DNA of 64,000 nt, taken from the IMG/VR virus record IMGVR_UViG_3300049215_000686, positions 32,001 through 96,000 of that record; one strand, written 5' to 3'. Positions 19,130-29,390 of the stretch are shown piece after piece; within the stretch, counting starts at the first letter, position 1; every line of letters starts with the position of its first letter. The position numbers and the translations under genes were made by a program. The notes under the pieces are model-generated. The model worked only from the letters and a program-made list of their open reading frames with translations, was not told where the DNA came from and searched no databases. Source of the DNA: a virus.

Positions 19130-19993
19130 TTACCAAGCAGCAAAAAAGATATCGCTTCCATAATGAGTCTTTAAAAGATCGACCAATCGATCTCGTTCGG
19201 TCTGTAGTTCCTGAAGCCTCAGTTGAAGCCAAGTTGGGCCTGCGGTCGAAACCGACTGTCCCATTCCATCAATACTCACGTTTTGGCTGACAACCGGAAA
19301 AAGAGCAGGAGCCATCATCGATAAAAACTTAATCGCAGCCATATGTCCGACGCAATCATTGACCAAATCCGGGATCATATCGTAATCCATGCCGGCAAGA
19401 TAAGTCACACGCCACAAATTCGGCCATGCCTTAAGACCACCCAAGACAACGGCCCGATAAGCCGAAGATGACAAAAAATTGGCATCCGCGTTCACAAGCG
19501 TTCCGGAATTTGGAATAATTCGAATCAGTCCTTGATCTCCCTGAAGACTCACCCAAGAAGTCGGATAATCGATTTCCTGAGTCGGTCCATCAGGAGCCAA
19601 AGATTCATTTCTACCTGGCCAGAGGGCTTTTAAATTTTCAACCTTAAGCACCGGCCAACGAGTCAGCCTACGAGTCCCAAAAGCGATATCATCGGCTCTT
19701 TCGAAATCAAAACGATCCGTAATTCTTACCGGATTCAGCGGAACCCTGACTGCGGCCTCAAAATCGCCTACCCCTTTTCGAATGAATTGCTTTAAGGTTT
19801 CATCATCGACTTCTTCACCAGTTAAAGCGGCTTTCAGTGGGATACCAAAAAGATACTCTTTTTTTAGGCGTTCAGAATCAATGAGTGGCCCATATCGATC
19901 AAATCCAGGCTCGCCTGGACCTTGATTAAAAACAGTTCCGGCGCCCTGCGTTACCGGATTATCATTTCCTGGTGGGATAGTGATCGTACTCAT
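19130..19993 (-). CDS. head-tail connector protein
   Basis: YLFGIPL, WPVLKVE, VTYLAG, SQNVSIDGMGQSVST motifs typical of adaptor proteins. Confidence 0.65.
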   Translation of the reverse strand: MSTITIPPGNDNPVTQGAGTVFNQGPGEPGFDRYGPLIDSERLKKEYLFGIPLKAALTGEEVDDETLKQFIRKGVGDFEAAVRVPLNPVRITDRFDFERADDIAFGTRRLTRWPVLKVENLKALWPGRNESLAPDGPTQEIDYPTSWVSLQGDQGLIRIIPNSGTLVNADANFLSSSAYRAVVLGGLKAWPNLWRVTYLAGMDYDMIPDLVNDCVGHMAAIKFLSMMAPALFPVVSQNVSIDGMGQSVSTAGPTWLQLRLQELQTERDRLVDLLKTHYGSDIFFAAW

Positions 19994-20017
19994 GCCCTTT
20001 ATTGTAGGGCCGGATCA

Positions 20018-20842
20018 TTAAATGGGATTATCCCAAAGCGAAGGAGTTTTGGGTCTCGGCGGGATATAGATACGTTTTTTAGGAACAATCGGAGTTACGC
20101 CCTCAGGCCAAACCTCGATAGGAGTTCTTGATTTGACTTCAGTGCAAACCAAAGGAGCCTTATCGCTACAGCCGCAACCTGCATCTAAAAACAAATAATG
20201 CTGATAATAACGAGGAGTAAAAAGCCCCGCTTGCAATCGATGGATATGCCCACAAACTCCCACCAACTTATTGCCGTCTTTATCTTTATGATGCCGAGAC
20301 TTGCCTCGCTCATCTTGAATGTAGGTCCAAACCAGTTCACAAGGCTCTAATGGCCGATTTCTTAAATGAGGAGCGCGATCTTTATCTTTGGGGCAAGGAG
20401 CATGGCTAAAAAAGAATCCTTGCTCTTCATGAAATAGCCGTAAAGAGTCCATCCAATCTAGGTAATCATCCGGAATGGGGTTTTGTTTGCCAGGATTGGG
20501 GTCTTGCTCGCCTACAGAAAAACTGGCAAGCGTCTTATGCCCACCATTAGCAGGATGTGTCCAAAGCGAAAAATCATACCACCTTCCACGACGCAATGCG
20601 TTTAAACACAAAACTTCATGGTTTCCCTTAAGAACCACAACGGCGTGAGGATAGTCTCTTTCAAGAGCGCGAATCGTATCTAAAACGCCTTTAGAATCCG
20701 AGCCTCGGTCAATCATATCGCCCATAAAAATGAGTCGATCGGTCGCAAAATCAAGCAAATGCTCGTCTTTTAATTTCTTAAGGAGAGGCTGAAAAAGATC
20801 ATTTCGGCCATGGATATCGGGAATTGCGAAGATACGGAACAT
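20018..20842 (-). CDS. metallophosphoesterase (Ser/Thr protein phosphatase, NinI/PphA-like)
   Basis: DIHG, GDMIDRG, GNHE, SHA, GHIH, LDAG motifs; start placed at MFRIF. Confidence 0.85.
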   Translation of the reverse strand: MFRIFAIPDIHGRNDLFQPLLKKLKDEHLLDFATDRLIFMGDMIDRGSDSKGVLDTIRALERDYPHAVVVLKGNHEVLCLNALRRGRWYDFSLWTHPANGGHKTLASFSVGEQDPNPGKQNPIPDDYLDWMDSLRLFHEEQGFFFSHAPCPKDKDRAPHLRNRPLEPCELVWTYIQDERGKSRHHKDKDGNKLVGVCGHIHRLQAGLFTPRYYQHYLFLDAGCGCSDKAPLVCTEVKSRTPIEVWPEGVTPIVPKKRIYIPPRPKTPSLWDNPI

Positions 20843-20870
20843 ATTCCCATTATACCGATGATTCGATCTT

Positions 20871-21227
20871 TTAAACAAGATCTGCGTTGTAAGCAAAAAT
20901 CCCGGCGGCGCTCCCTCGAACCCAAGCCTTGGCTCCGCTATTCAATACAAACTTCTCACCCGCAGCAATCGGGATTCCGTCAGTAGCGCCTGTTGGTGCG
21001 CTCATCGATTGGTCACCAAATGCGACAAAAAGAACACCGCCGGTAGAATTATAGAGCATGACCGGAGTATTTTCACCCACTCGAACCGCATTTGTAAGAT
21101 CTCCCTTGGGAGTCCAGTCCAAACCAGCCTGAGCCACCCGAATTACCGCAGATAAATCGGCAAAAATAGCCTGAAGAATGGTTCCAATATTGGTTATATT
21201 TTTAACGGGTTTTGTTCCAACGCTCAT
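20871..21227 (-). CDS. small structural/hypothetical protein (start MSVGTK)
   Basis: GGAG SD before ATG 21227; the longer ORF-track version overlaps the patatin gene. Confidence 0.65.
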   Translation of the reverse strand: MSVGTKPVKNITNIGTILQAIFADLSAVIRVAQAGLDWTPKGDLTNAVRVGENTPVMLYNSTGGVLFVAFGDQSMSAPTGATDGIPIAAGEKFVLNSGAKAWVRGSAAGIFAYNADLV

Positions 21228-21237
21228 ATGCTCTCCA

Positions 21238-22071
21238 TTATGTGCTGAGTTCTTCAGATGTAAGGGGGCCTGAAATCGCAGTTTTAAGCCCCGCGTCAAA
21301 TGCCAAATTGATCTTTTTGGAATCAAACTCGATTGTCCCCATCCATTCACGATCCGGCGCGTAAACTTGGATATCCAAATTCCGATATCGGGGATCTTGA
21401 TTGAGTTCCAGGGCCAATTGGACATCTGTCCGGAAAACTTGATGTTCCAAAAGATCAATTCCTCTAAGACCGATCTCAATAAACGAGAAAAAACCACTTG
21501 GCATCGTCCAGCCGGTCGGATCAGCCGTCCAAGGATTGCAAAGCACAACAATCAACCTCTCCGCACCATCATCAATCGCTTTTTTGAGTGGCGTTTGTTG
21601 TCTTGTCCCCCCATCGATATACGTTCCAATGGGCTCCATGATTGCCGGGATTGCAGAACTTGCCAAAACGAATTCAATCAAAGTTTCTCTTGGCATAATA
21701 CCGCTGTCGCCATAGAGAACTGAGCCATTAATTAAATCCGCGTAACACGGATGAACCGTAAGCCAGGAACTCATCCCTAATTTTTCTTTGAGATTCTTCC
21801 TAAGAGGGTTCAAATTGTAAATCCCATTTGATCTCAGTAAAAGGGTAGACAAATTGAAATCTAAAATGTCGGATTGCTTGATTGTTCGCCAAACAGGCTC
21901 TATTTTTTCAGGAGCAAATCCCAATAATGCTGCATTAATAGCCCCAACTGAAGTTCCATACACCGCAATGGCCTCTTTTAAAGCACCCTCATCATAAAGC
22001 GCCTTAAGAACGCCCGCCTGAAACGAGCCTTTCACTCCACCCCCAGAAAGGACAATGGATGTCTTACTCAT
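21238..22071 (-). CDS. patatin-like phospholipase
   Basis: GGGVKG, GTSVG nucleophile motif, ASSAIP, DGG. Confidence 0.9.
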   Translation of the reverse strand: MSKTSIVLSGGGVKGSFQAGVLKALYDEGALKEAIAVYGTSVGAINAALLGFAPEKIEPVWRTIKQSDILDFNLSTLLLRSNGIYNLNPLRKNLKEKLGMSSWLTVHPCYADLINGSVLYGDSGIMPRETLIEFVLASSAIPAIMEPIGTYIDGGTRQQTPLKKAIDDGAERLIVVLCNPWTADPTGWTMPSGFFSFIEIGLRGIDLLEHQVFRTDVQLALELNQDPRYRNLDIQVYAPDREWMGTIEFDSKKINLAFDAGLKTAISGPLTSEELST

Positions 22072-22636
22072 TATTCCCTACATAAGAGATGAAATTGACG
22101 ATCACATTAGGACTCACACTTTGAGAAACGGAAGTATATGTCACTCGAACAAAAACTCCTGCCGGAAGACTTTGACTGATAGAAACGTCAGTCACTTCGT
22201 TTGGGATGTCTGGCATGACATACCATTGAGTGACATATTGCCCGAGCACCGTCGGCTGGTCTGGCGTTCCTCCAAATTTTAAAACATTATTTTTATCAAT
22301 CACTTGGACGTTAATGTAATCTCCTATCGAAGCATTAGGAGAAAACAAAACACCACCCCTTAAAACCATGATCCGATCGAGTTCTAAATCGAAACTTGCG
22401 GTGGTTCCGAATGGAACAGCAAAAGACATCCCCCGAGGAGATAGACTCCACTGATCAGACCCTAAAACTTGAACCACTTTTTGGGGCTCGCCGATCTGAA
22501 CCATCACCGTCGAATTCAAATCAACTTGATGAGAAGTGTCCGTAGGACAAGTCGTCGGACGGTTAGTATTATCCGGCAAAAACCAGAATTTATCCAAATT
22601 CTCTGTAAAACAATGAATTCTGTATTTAAAAATCAT
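22064..22636 (-). CDS. virion/tail-fibre-associated protein
   Basis: 190-aa ORF directly downstream of the tail fibre. Confidence 0.6.
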   Translation of the reverse strand: MIFKYRIHCFTENLDKFWFLPDNTNRPTTCPTDTSHQVDLNSTVMVQIGEPQKVVQVLGSDQWSLSPRGMSFAVPFGTTASFDLELDRIMVLRGGVLFSPNASIGDYINVQVIDKNNVLKFGGTPDQPTVLGQYVTQWYVMPDIPNEVTDVSISQSLPAGVFVRVTYTSVSQSVSPNVIVNFISYVGNNE

Positions 22637-22651
22637 AACTACCCTCTTTAC

Positions 22652-25600
22652 CTATGAGCCGACTCGGATTGCCATCAAACTTCTTCCAACAATAGTAGAA
22701 GTTCCCGTACTCGTGTTCCATTGAGCCGTAATGACATTTGATCCGTTAACCGTAATAACCGCAGTGGATCGACAACCCAAATTTAGGTTATTTTGAGTTT
22801 TAAAGATCCTAATTGAATCAGAAATCTGGCTGGCATCAGAATAAATACTAAATGTAGTTAGTGCGTTATTCACAGAATTTGAAAAAACGCCCTCAAAAAA
22901 GACCACATAAGTTCCAGCAACAGGAGTCACGGTCATTGAAGCAATGGCAGAATTAGATGCAGATGATGTCGTTGCTGAACTCGTGGATGCGGCCTTATTG
23001 TTCGATATCACCGTATTGTGAACATGATCCGATCGTGCAAACGATGCAGCCGATCCTTGATCATTGGCTATCCCCGTGTCATTAACCGTCGCCGTCGGCA
23101 CATTGTGAACGTGTCCAGCATCCGCGTATTTATTGGTTGATCCTGCGGAAGCCGAAAGATCTGGAGTCAAATTATGGATATCGGAAGATGATCCAAACAT
23201 CAAATTGACATTTAAGAGGGTTCTATTATCAGAAAGAGCCGTAATCGCAGCACCATTGCTAGAAAAAATCGCTAATGGAACGGCGTTCGGAGGTGTGCTC
23301 GTTGATGTGGTTGATTTAATTACCCCATCTACGTCAACATAAATCCTTCCGTTTGTCGCACCGGTTACGACCGTAATCGATCCAGCCGAGATGCTAATAG
23401 TCGTTCCATTAATTCTTGCTTTTCCAGCGGTGTAATTGGCAACTAATCCTGCACCCTGGCTGACCAGCAATTCATTGGGACCAATTGTCGTATCGACAGT
23501 AAAATTTCCCGATCCATCATCGGTAACGGTAGTGCCTTTCCCTGGATCAATCGATAAGTCTCCAAACCGCTGAGTTCCGCCCGTTCCAGCCTTTAATGAG
23601 TGAACACCTTTATGAACATGATCGGATTTAGCGAGGGTCGTCGCTACACCTTGTGAATTTGCTGAGCCAATATCGGTAGGCGCTGCGGTTGGAATATTGT
23701 GAACATGATCCGCTCTTGCAAAATTGGCACTGGTTCCTGCGTTATTGGATTGGTCAGCGTTTTGGGTAGAAACAACACCCGATGAAATCGCGTGAGTATG
23801 ATCTGACCGAGCAAAAGAGGCTGCCGAACCTTGTGTATTCGTAGAATTTGCATTAAGGCCACCCGCTGCCGCTGTAGGGATGTTATGGACATGATCGGCT
23901 CTTGCGAAATTTATCGAAGATCCATCCGCATTCAGTTGATCCGGGGTTTGAGTCGCCGCCGCCGCAGTCGAAAATGTGTGGAGATGATCAGAGCGAGAAA
24001 AAGATGCCGCAACCCCATCTGATGAAGAAGCAGCGATGGTCTGATTTGCCGGGACTGCGGTAGGGACATTGTGGATATGGTCTTGTTGAGCAAAGGCGGC
24101 AGCCGAGCCTTGACTATTTCCGGCATTCGGAGTCAAAGCACTCGGAGCCCCAGTAGGAATATTGTGAACATGATCGGCTTTAGCGAAATTAATGCTCGCT
24201 CCCGCCGCGTTTGTTTGATTGGGAGTCTGAGTCGAAGGGACACCTGAAGCGATAGCATGAGTGTGGTCAGCCCGAGCAAACGAAGTCGAGGCTCCTTGCG
24301 TATTTGTGCTTGCTGAATTCAGCCCCACAGCAGCCGCCGTAGGCACGTTATGAATGTGGTCAGCCCGAGCCAAACTGGTTGAAGTTCCTGGAGCATTTGC
24401 TTGATCTGGATTTAATGTAACCGCTGCCGCTGTCGGAATTTCATCGGCTCCTCCGGGCTGATGCCTAGCGTGATGATTTTCAACGACAACGCCATTCGCT
24501 GTTCCTAGATTGGTAATATTGTGGGTACCGAGATTAAAATCTCCCGTTGCCACATGAGTTCCGTCATTTCTCCAATATTGCGGATGATCGTCACCGACCG
24601 TCAATCCAAGAAGATTCCGATGAAATGAAGCCGCCGATACCGAACTTGGAGCCGATCCTACTCGTGGTCGCTCATCGCGAATTTCGATGATATTGGTCAT
24701 TCCCTGTTGAACGATCAAGGAAGCGATAGGGACTACACCGTCAAGAAAGTAAGGAGGAGGCGTGGGTCTTGGGCCTTGCTCAGCCAGAGTTAAGGCAGTG
24801 TATTGGACTTGAGAATAAACCAACAAATATTTTTCATTAATTCCTTCGCCGACCAAATAGAGGACATGCTTTGCAAAATTGCCGGCGCCAATGGGAGCAA
24901 GAGTTCCTGTCCCATTATCAAAAAAAGCATTATCTACAACATTTTGTGAAACTTGAGAAAAACCGCCAGTTCCATTTTGATAATAAGCGGTCCATGAAAC
25001 CGCAGTAGCACCAGACGGCATAAACCGATTGGTCGCAAGATAATAAGTACCGGGAGTAACGTCTAACTGCCTTGTACCGTTTTCAGTAACAATAGATCCG
25101 GAAGAAAAAACACCCCCAATTGCGTTTCTGAATAAATCGTCATATCGATTTGAAGAATGTTCCGCATCTATACCGGAACTATCAATGAATTCTATCCCAG
25201 TCGAATTGGTTACAACCCGGCCCAAAAGAATAACAAGATGAGTGTCCGGGAAGGTCGAAGTAGTCGTTAATGCCCCGGTATTATCAAAAATAAGATAAAG
25301 AGCCTGATTGGGAGGAAGCGTAATTGAAATATCCCCCCAAAAGAATTGTCTGAAAATCTCGGGCTCAATCTCTAAATATCCAAATCCTGCCGAAATATTA
25401 ACGGTGAATCCTGACCCCGAAGTCAGTTCTCCTCCGTCCATCACGCCCATGGTGGCAGATTCCGTCCCTAATAGGGTGATATCAATGACATCTGCAATGT
25501 TTTTGGCGTAAAGAACTCTTCCGGTAATTACAATATCTCCGGTCTGTTCATCCAAAAACGCCATTTTTACATCGGTGGCAGAAGAGATCACCGAGATTTT

Positions 25601-26704
25601 GCTTCGGTTGGCGACTCCCTCAAAAGAAACAAAAGCATTAGGGTTATCAATCAAAACATCCCAGTTAATGGAACTTTCGATATGAACCGCGTCACAATCC
25701 AGTTCAGTTCCCGCAGCCGTTCCATCCATATGAATTCCTGTTCCGAATCCACGAATGAAAACGCTCAAAACTCGGCAGTGAGCCCCGTCACTGACCCTGA
25801 TACATTCGATCGAGTTTGCCGCCTCTACACGAAATTGCCCAGAATTTAATAAAATCTCAGAATTGGGACCAGTCGCCCAAAACAAATAATCTGGATAAGG
25901 CGCCTGAAGGGCTGTCGTCGTGCCAGAACGCATGACGATAGACGCTCGGAAAGTATTAGTGTTTCTAGCCAAAAAACCGTGATTAAATGAATAAACAGAT
26001 CCAAACCGACAATCAAACAAGAAAAGATTCGAGTTTCCTAAGAGGCCATCAGCGATAGCCAGCGTATCATTGCTTCCAAATCGAATTTGCTCAACCCAAA
26101 ACGCGGCCTGTGTACTTGCAAATGTGCTTTGATAAAAAATAGCAGCAAAAGAAGGTCCGGTAGCGCCTTCCAAAAGGCACTTACTGATCCCAGAGAAATC
26201 AGCCCCAGTAATCAAATGAGCATTCGGGTTAGCCGCCTGAATAATCGTCTGCTCCGGACCAGAACCCTCAACCCAAACATAGGATTTCATTTGAATGGGT
26301 TGTTCAACAAAAACTCCCGGACCCACTGAAATCAAATAAGGATTGGAAGGAGAGTTTCCTGTAATGCTCACCAAAGCATCGTTAATGGTCGCAAAATCTT
26401 GTGAATTTAAAACGGGGTTCTTAACGACCCTCAGAACCTTAGCGACCGGCGCTTGACCATTTCCAACAACCGTCCATTGACCAGAAGAATATTGCTCAAG
26501 GCGTCCGTCGTCCAGATTGTAAACCAAAAGCCCTTCGCTTGGAGTTGAGATCGCATCTCTTTGCGCGGTCGTCATTCTGGGGGCTAAAAACCCTTGCGAA
26601 GTGCTTTGAAGATTAAAAATTGCGGAAGGATCGTTAGAAGAACCGCCGATTCCAACGCCAGGCTTTGTATTGGGAGAAATTTCGTTGACAGTAATTTTAC
26701 TCAT
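22652..26704 (-). CDS. long tail fibre/spike protein
   Basis: STSQGFLAPRMTTAQRDAI N-terminal motif, pectin-lyase-like beta-helix region, DDHPQY, 11 HxH repeats. Confidence 0.8.
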   Translation of the reverse strand: MSKITVNEISPNTKPGVGIGGSSNDPSAIFNLQSTSQGFLAPRMTTAQRDAISTPSEGLLVYNLDDGRLEQYSSGQWTVVGNGQAPVAKVLRVVKNPVLNSQDFATINDALVSITGNSPSNPYLISVGPGVFVEQPIQMKSYVWVEGSGPEQTIIQAANPNAHLITGADFSGISKCLLEGATGPSFAAIFYQSTFASTQAAFWVEQIRFGSNDTLAIADGLLGNSNLFLFDCRFGSVYSFNHGFLARNTNTFRASIVMRSGTTTALQAPYPDYLFWATGPNSEILLNSGQFRVEAANSIECIRVSDGAHCRVLSVFIRGFGTGIHMDGTAAGTELDCDAVHIESSINWDVLIDNPNAFVSFEGVANRSKISVISSATDVKMAFLDEQTGDIVITGRVLYAKNIADVIDITLLGTESATMGVMDGGELTSGSGFTVNISAGFGYLEIEPEIFRQFFWGDISITLPPNQALYLIFDNTGALTTTSTFPDTHLVILLGRVVTNSTGIEFIDSSGIDAEHSSNRYDDLFRNAIGGVFSSGSIVTENGTRQLDVTPGTYYLATNRFMPSGATAVSWTAYYQNGTGGFSQVSQNVVDNAFFDNGTGTLAPIGAGNFAKHVLYLVGEGINEKYLLVYSQVQYTALTLAEQGPRPTPPPYFLDGVVPIASLIVQQGMTNIIEIRDERPRVGSAPSSVSAASFHRNLLGLTVGDDHPQYWRNDGTHVATGDFNLGTHNITNLGTANGVVVENHHARHQPGGADEIPTAAAVTLNPDQANAPGTSTSLARADHIHNVPTAAAVGLNSASTNTQGASTSFARADHTHAIASGVPSTQTPNQTNAAGASINFAKADHVHNIPTGAPSALTPNAGNSQGSAAAFAQQDHIHNVPTAVPANQTIAASSSDGVAASFSRSDHLHTFSTAAAATQTPDQLNADGSSINFARADHVHNIPTAAAGGLNANSTNTQGSAASFARSDHTHAISSGVVSTQNADQSNNAGTSANFARADHVHNIPTAAPTDIGSANSQGVATTLAKSDHVHKGVHSLKAGTGGTQRFGDLSIDPGKGTTVTDDGSGNFTVDTTIGPNELLVSQGAGLVANYTAGKARINGTTISISAGSITVVTGATNGRIYVDVDGVIKSTTSTSTPPNAVPLAIFSSNGAAITALSDNRTLLNVNLMFGSSSDIHNLTPDLSASAGSTNKYADAGHVHNVPTATVNDTGIANDQGSAASFARSDHVHNTVISNNKAASTSSATTSSASNSAIASMTVTPVAGTYVVFFEGVFSNSVNNALTTFSIYSDASQISDSIRIFKTQNNLNLGCRSTAVITVNGSNVITAQWNTSTGTSTIVGRSLMAIRVGS
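23020..24480 (-). repeat. ~31-aa tandem repeats (F/L)AR(A/S)DHxH within tail fibre
   Basis: Nine consecutive repeats plus two more near the C-terminus, read from the translation. Confidence 0.85.
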
Positions 26705-26907
26705 AGAACCAGTAACTCCGCGCCTTCTTCAACTGTGATAATCACCCCTAAATCCACTTTCATATCCGGCTGAATTCTCGTAAAACCCGCCTTCACCGTA
26801 ATCGGAAAATTAACTTCATGACGAATCTCGATGCCGCGATCGATTGTCGGCATCAACTGGAACTCACTCGTAAAGGGATTAAAAATCGGTCTAACCTGAT
26901 TACTCAT
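26701..26907 (-). CDS. small fibre-associated protein
   Basis: FNPFT motif; ATGA-coupled on both sides. Confidence 0.65.
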   Translation of the reverse strand: MSNQVRPIFNPFTSEFQLMPTIDRGIEIRHEVNFPITVKAGFTRIQPDMKVDLGVIITVEEGAELLVL

Positions 26908-27497
26908 GTAGTAACCGCCTGAGTGATATTAAAAAATGCATCATAAGTAAGGGTTACCGTGCTCACCAATATGTTTTTATAAAAGTACTGAGTCTGAGTC
27001 ACGTTGCCGTAAGCATCAAAAGAATTAATAATTTTATCAAACGGCTGTTTAACGAGGCCATTGGCCGGAGCCACAGGAAGAGGATTGTCGGGAGTAATAT
27101 GTTGCCCGAAAGAATCAACGAGAACTTCCCGCTGAGCAACCGCTGGCTCTTCTTCGTAAATTTGTCTTTGGATTTCATTTAATGGTATTGCGTTTCTATT
27201 TTGCTCTGGTGCAAAAACACTTGAAGTTAAACCGTAGGATGAAACGTCTACTCGATCCAAAAGAGGAGCACCGACCCTGCCGACTTCGATCACCGGGAAA
27301 ATGGTCGTGCTTCCAGAAGGAGCGCCAGTTACTTTTTTTATTTCAAGAGCAATTTCGGGTAAAATCGGATCCCGAAGTTGAATGCGCTGTTTGACGTGAA
27401 GTCCCAGTGCAGAAGAAAGCGTCAATTTTCCGTCCGAAGTTCCGGAGGAAACGACGGAATAAGGCCCTGTAGCGAGCCACTTTTTTTCGTTTGCCAT
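26904..27497 (-). CDS. structural/hypothetical protein
   Basis: 197 aa; C-terminal TLTYD strand motif. Confidence 0.65.
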   Translation of the reverse strand: MANEKKWLATGPYSVVSSGTSDGKLTLSSALGLHVKQRIQLRDPILPEIALEIKKVTGAPSGSTTIFPVIEVGRVGAPLLDRVDVSSYGLTSSVFAPEQNRNAIPLNEIQRQIYEEEPAVAQREVLVDSFGQHITPDNPLPVAPANGLVKQPFDKIINSFDAYGNVTQTQYFYKNILVSTVTLTYDAFFNITQAVTT

Positions 27498-27722
27498 AAC
27501 CCATTTCCCAAAAACCTAAAGACACGACCCTTGTCGTATCACTTAGGATTATCCGGCTTTTCGGGTAGGTCAGGGCCGCTTCGAATATAAAGATCAATCT
27601 CAAAACAGAATTTAAGATCATGCCCCTTTTGGCAAAAGAATTCTTCAATCGCCCGAAGCCATGACCTTTCCAGCAAATAAGGATCACAAATAGAAGAAGG
27701 GCCATTGATGGACTGCACCCCG

Positions 27723-28676
27723 TCAGCTGGAGGGATTTCCCGGCAGTATCATGACCGGCTGAAGACCCAGTTTTTGTAGCTGCTTCCGTTCAGCCAGTTT
27801 CTCAAACTCCTCCGGGCTGAAATAGCCCAGAGAAGAGTGGATGCGTTTCTCGTTATACACAGACTCAATGAATCGAGGAACAGCTTTCAGCACGTCCTCG
27901 AGCGTTTCGTACTCCGTCAGGTACACCTCCTCAGCTTTCAGGGTTTTGAAGAACGTCTCCGCGAAGGCGTTGTCGTAGCAGTAGCCCTTGGCGGACATGC
28001 TGGGCACGATCCCGCACTCGGCCAGTCGGCCCTTGTAGGCGTCGCACGCGTACTGGACTCCGCGGTCCGAGTGATGGATCAGTCCGGATGCGGGTTTCCG
28101 CCTCTGGATGGCGATGTTCAGCGCCTCCAGGCAGAGCTCCGTATCGATCTTCGCTGAGATCGCCCAGCCGACGACCCGACGAGAGAACAGATCCAGGATC
28201 GTCGCCAGGTAGACGAAGCCCGAGAGAATCCGGATGTAGGTGATATCCGCCACCCACACCTGGTTAATCCCGGTGATTCGTCTGCCTGGCAGAAGATTCT
28301 TGGCATAGCCGAAATTATGGTCGGGGTCGGTCGTCTTGATCTTCCAACCACGCCAAATCAGGGCTTTTAGGCCGTATTTCTTCATGATCCTGAGAATCCG
28401 TTTCTCGTTGATCGTGATGCCGCGCTTGCGTTCGAGCCATTCGTGGAGTCGCCGGTACCCGTAGAACGGGAACTCCCGTTGGGTCTCCTCGATCAGATCC
28501 CGAACGTCAGCGTCCGCCTGCGCTCGCTCTACCGGGTCCCTCTTGGGCCTGTAGTAGTAGCTGGAGGGGGCAAGGCCAACGGTTTTGCAGGCTTCTGATA
28601 CTGAGCCAAGTTCCGTGACGTGTAGATCAACGAATCTTCGCTTTTGAGCCGCTGTTTGAAGGCCTCCACTTTTTTT
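27723..28676 (-). CDS. IS3 OrfB DDE transposase, reached by -1 frameshift
   Basis: YGYRR, WVADITYI, DLFSRRVVGW, HHSDRGVQY, DNAFAETFFKTLKAE; AAAAAAAG slippery site at 28669-28676. Confidence 0.9.
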   Translation of the reverse strand, partial: KKSGGLQTAAQKRRFVDLHVTELGSVSEACKTVGLAPSSYYYRPKRDPVERAQADADVRDLIEETQREFPFYGYRRLHEWLERKRGITINEKRILRIMKKYGLKALIWRGWKIKTTDPDHNFGYAKNLLPGRRITGINQVWVADITYIRILSGFVYLATILDLFSRRVVGWAISAKIDTELCLEALNIAIQRRKPASGLIHHSDRGVQYACDAYKGRLAECGIVPSMSAKGYCYDNAFAETFFKTLKAEEVYLTEYETLEDVLKAVPRFIESVYNEKRIHSSLGYFSPEEFEKLAERKQLQKLGLQPVMILPGNPSS

Positions 28677-28930
28677 AGGAGGTCGATGGTCATCGTCAGC
28701 TCGCCGATCTTGGACTTGAGCTTCTCGTTTTCGCGCTCCAGTTCTTTCTCCCGGTCGCCGGCCTTGGGACTCAGAGTCCCCGCCGTATAACGCTGGATCC
28801 ACCCCTCGACCACCGTCCGCTGGAGCTGGTTCTCGCGGCAGATCCCTGCCACGTCCTGGATTCCCGCCTCGATTCGCTGGCAGACCTGGATCTTGAAACT
28901 TACGTCGAACTTTCTTCGGATCTTTCCCAT
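28529..28930 (-). CDS. IS3 OrfA (HTH)
   Basis: RRKFDVSFKIQV...W...Y; coiled coil ELERENEKLK; AGGAG SD. Confidence 0.85.
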   Translation of the reverse strand: MGKIRRKFDVSFKIQVCQRIEAGIQDVAGICRENQLQRTVVEGWIQRYTAGTLSPKAGDREKELERENEKLKSKIGELTMTIDLLKKVEAFKQRLKSEDSLIYTSRNLAQYQKPAKPLALPPPATTTGPRGTR

Positions 28931-28999
28931 ACTGGATTACTCCTATATCACAGTCACTGGAACTCCGCTCCAGTGGCTGATTTCAGGGGCTTTATCCAG

Positions 29000-29206
29000 T
29001 CATAAAACCTTCAGGAAAAACTCTCCAGTTTTCGGGGTGCAGTCCATGATATAATGCCAAATCACCCGTTCTTTGATCTTGTTTTCGTCAAAATCGGGCA
29101 AATCAACAAATTTCAAAATAGCCTTGGGATATCCATGAGTTTTAGAAAACTCACGAATCGAGGAAAGAACCAAATTAGAGATAAACCTAGAGTCTTGCTG
29201 CGACAT
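29000..29206 (-). CDS. hypothetical protein
   Basis: 68-aa ORF ending 1 nt before the IS. Confidence 0.5.
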   Translation of the reverse strand: MSQQDSRFISNLVLSSIREFSKTHGYPKAILKFVDLPDFDENKIKERVIWHYIMDCTPKTGEFFLKVL

Positions 29207-29390
29207 CCTTTAACAACTCGGCGCGATCGGAATAAACACGGCACTCCATAATCGTTTCATCACCACCACAAAGCGCCCTTAAAACATAACCGTTATCTAC
29301 TTTCTCAATAATAAGGCAATCCAATCCAGATCCACCGTCTCCGCCACCGAATTGAGGCCTAAGTTCGGTGATTTTGTTCATAGTGCTCAT
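29187..29390 (-). CDS. hypothetical protein
   Basis: AAGGAG SD; IIEKVDNGY motif. Confidence 0.6.
   Translation of the reverse strand: MSTMNKITELRPQFGGGDGGSGLDCLIIEKVDNGYVLRALCGGDETIMECRVYSDRAELLKDVAARL

Larger units (their letters stand above)
27709..28998 (-). mobile_element. IS3-family insertion sequence (~1.29 kb)
   Basis: Imperfect terminal IRs TGGACTGCACCCC / TGGATAAAGCCCC; orfA + orfB; visibly more GC-rich than its flanks. Confidence 0.9.

Noticed and set aside
27343-27705. 120-aa ORF MALLLFVILICW...
   Set aside because: Overlaps the next gene by about 150 nt and lacks an RBS; another frame looks more protein-like
28999-29002. TGA readthrough or recoding: removing the IS puts TGA in frame with 50 more codons
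   Set aside because: Many genes here end in TGA with ATGA coupling, long genes have no internal TGA, and tRNA-Trp has a CCA anticodon; adjacent deletion is simpler
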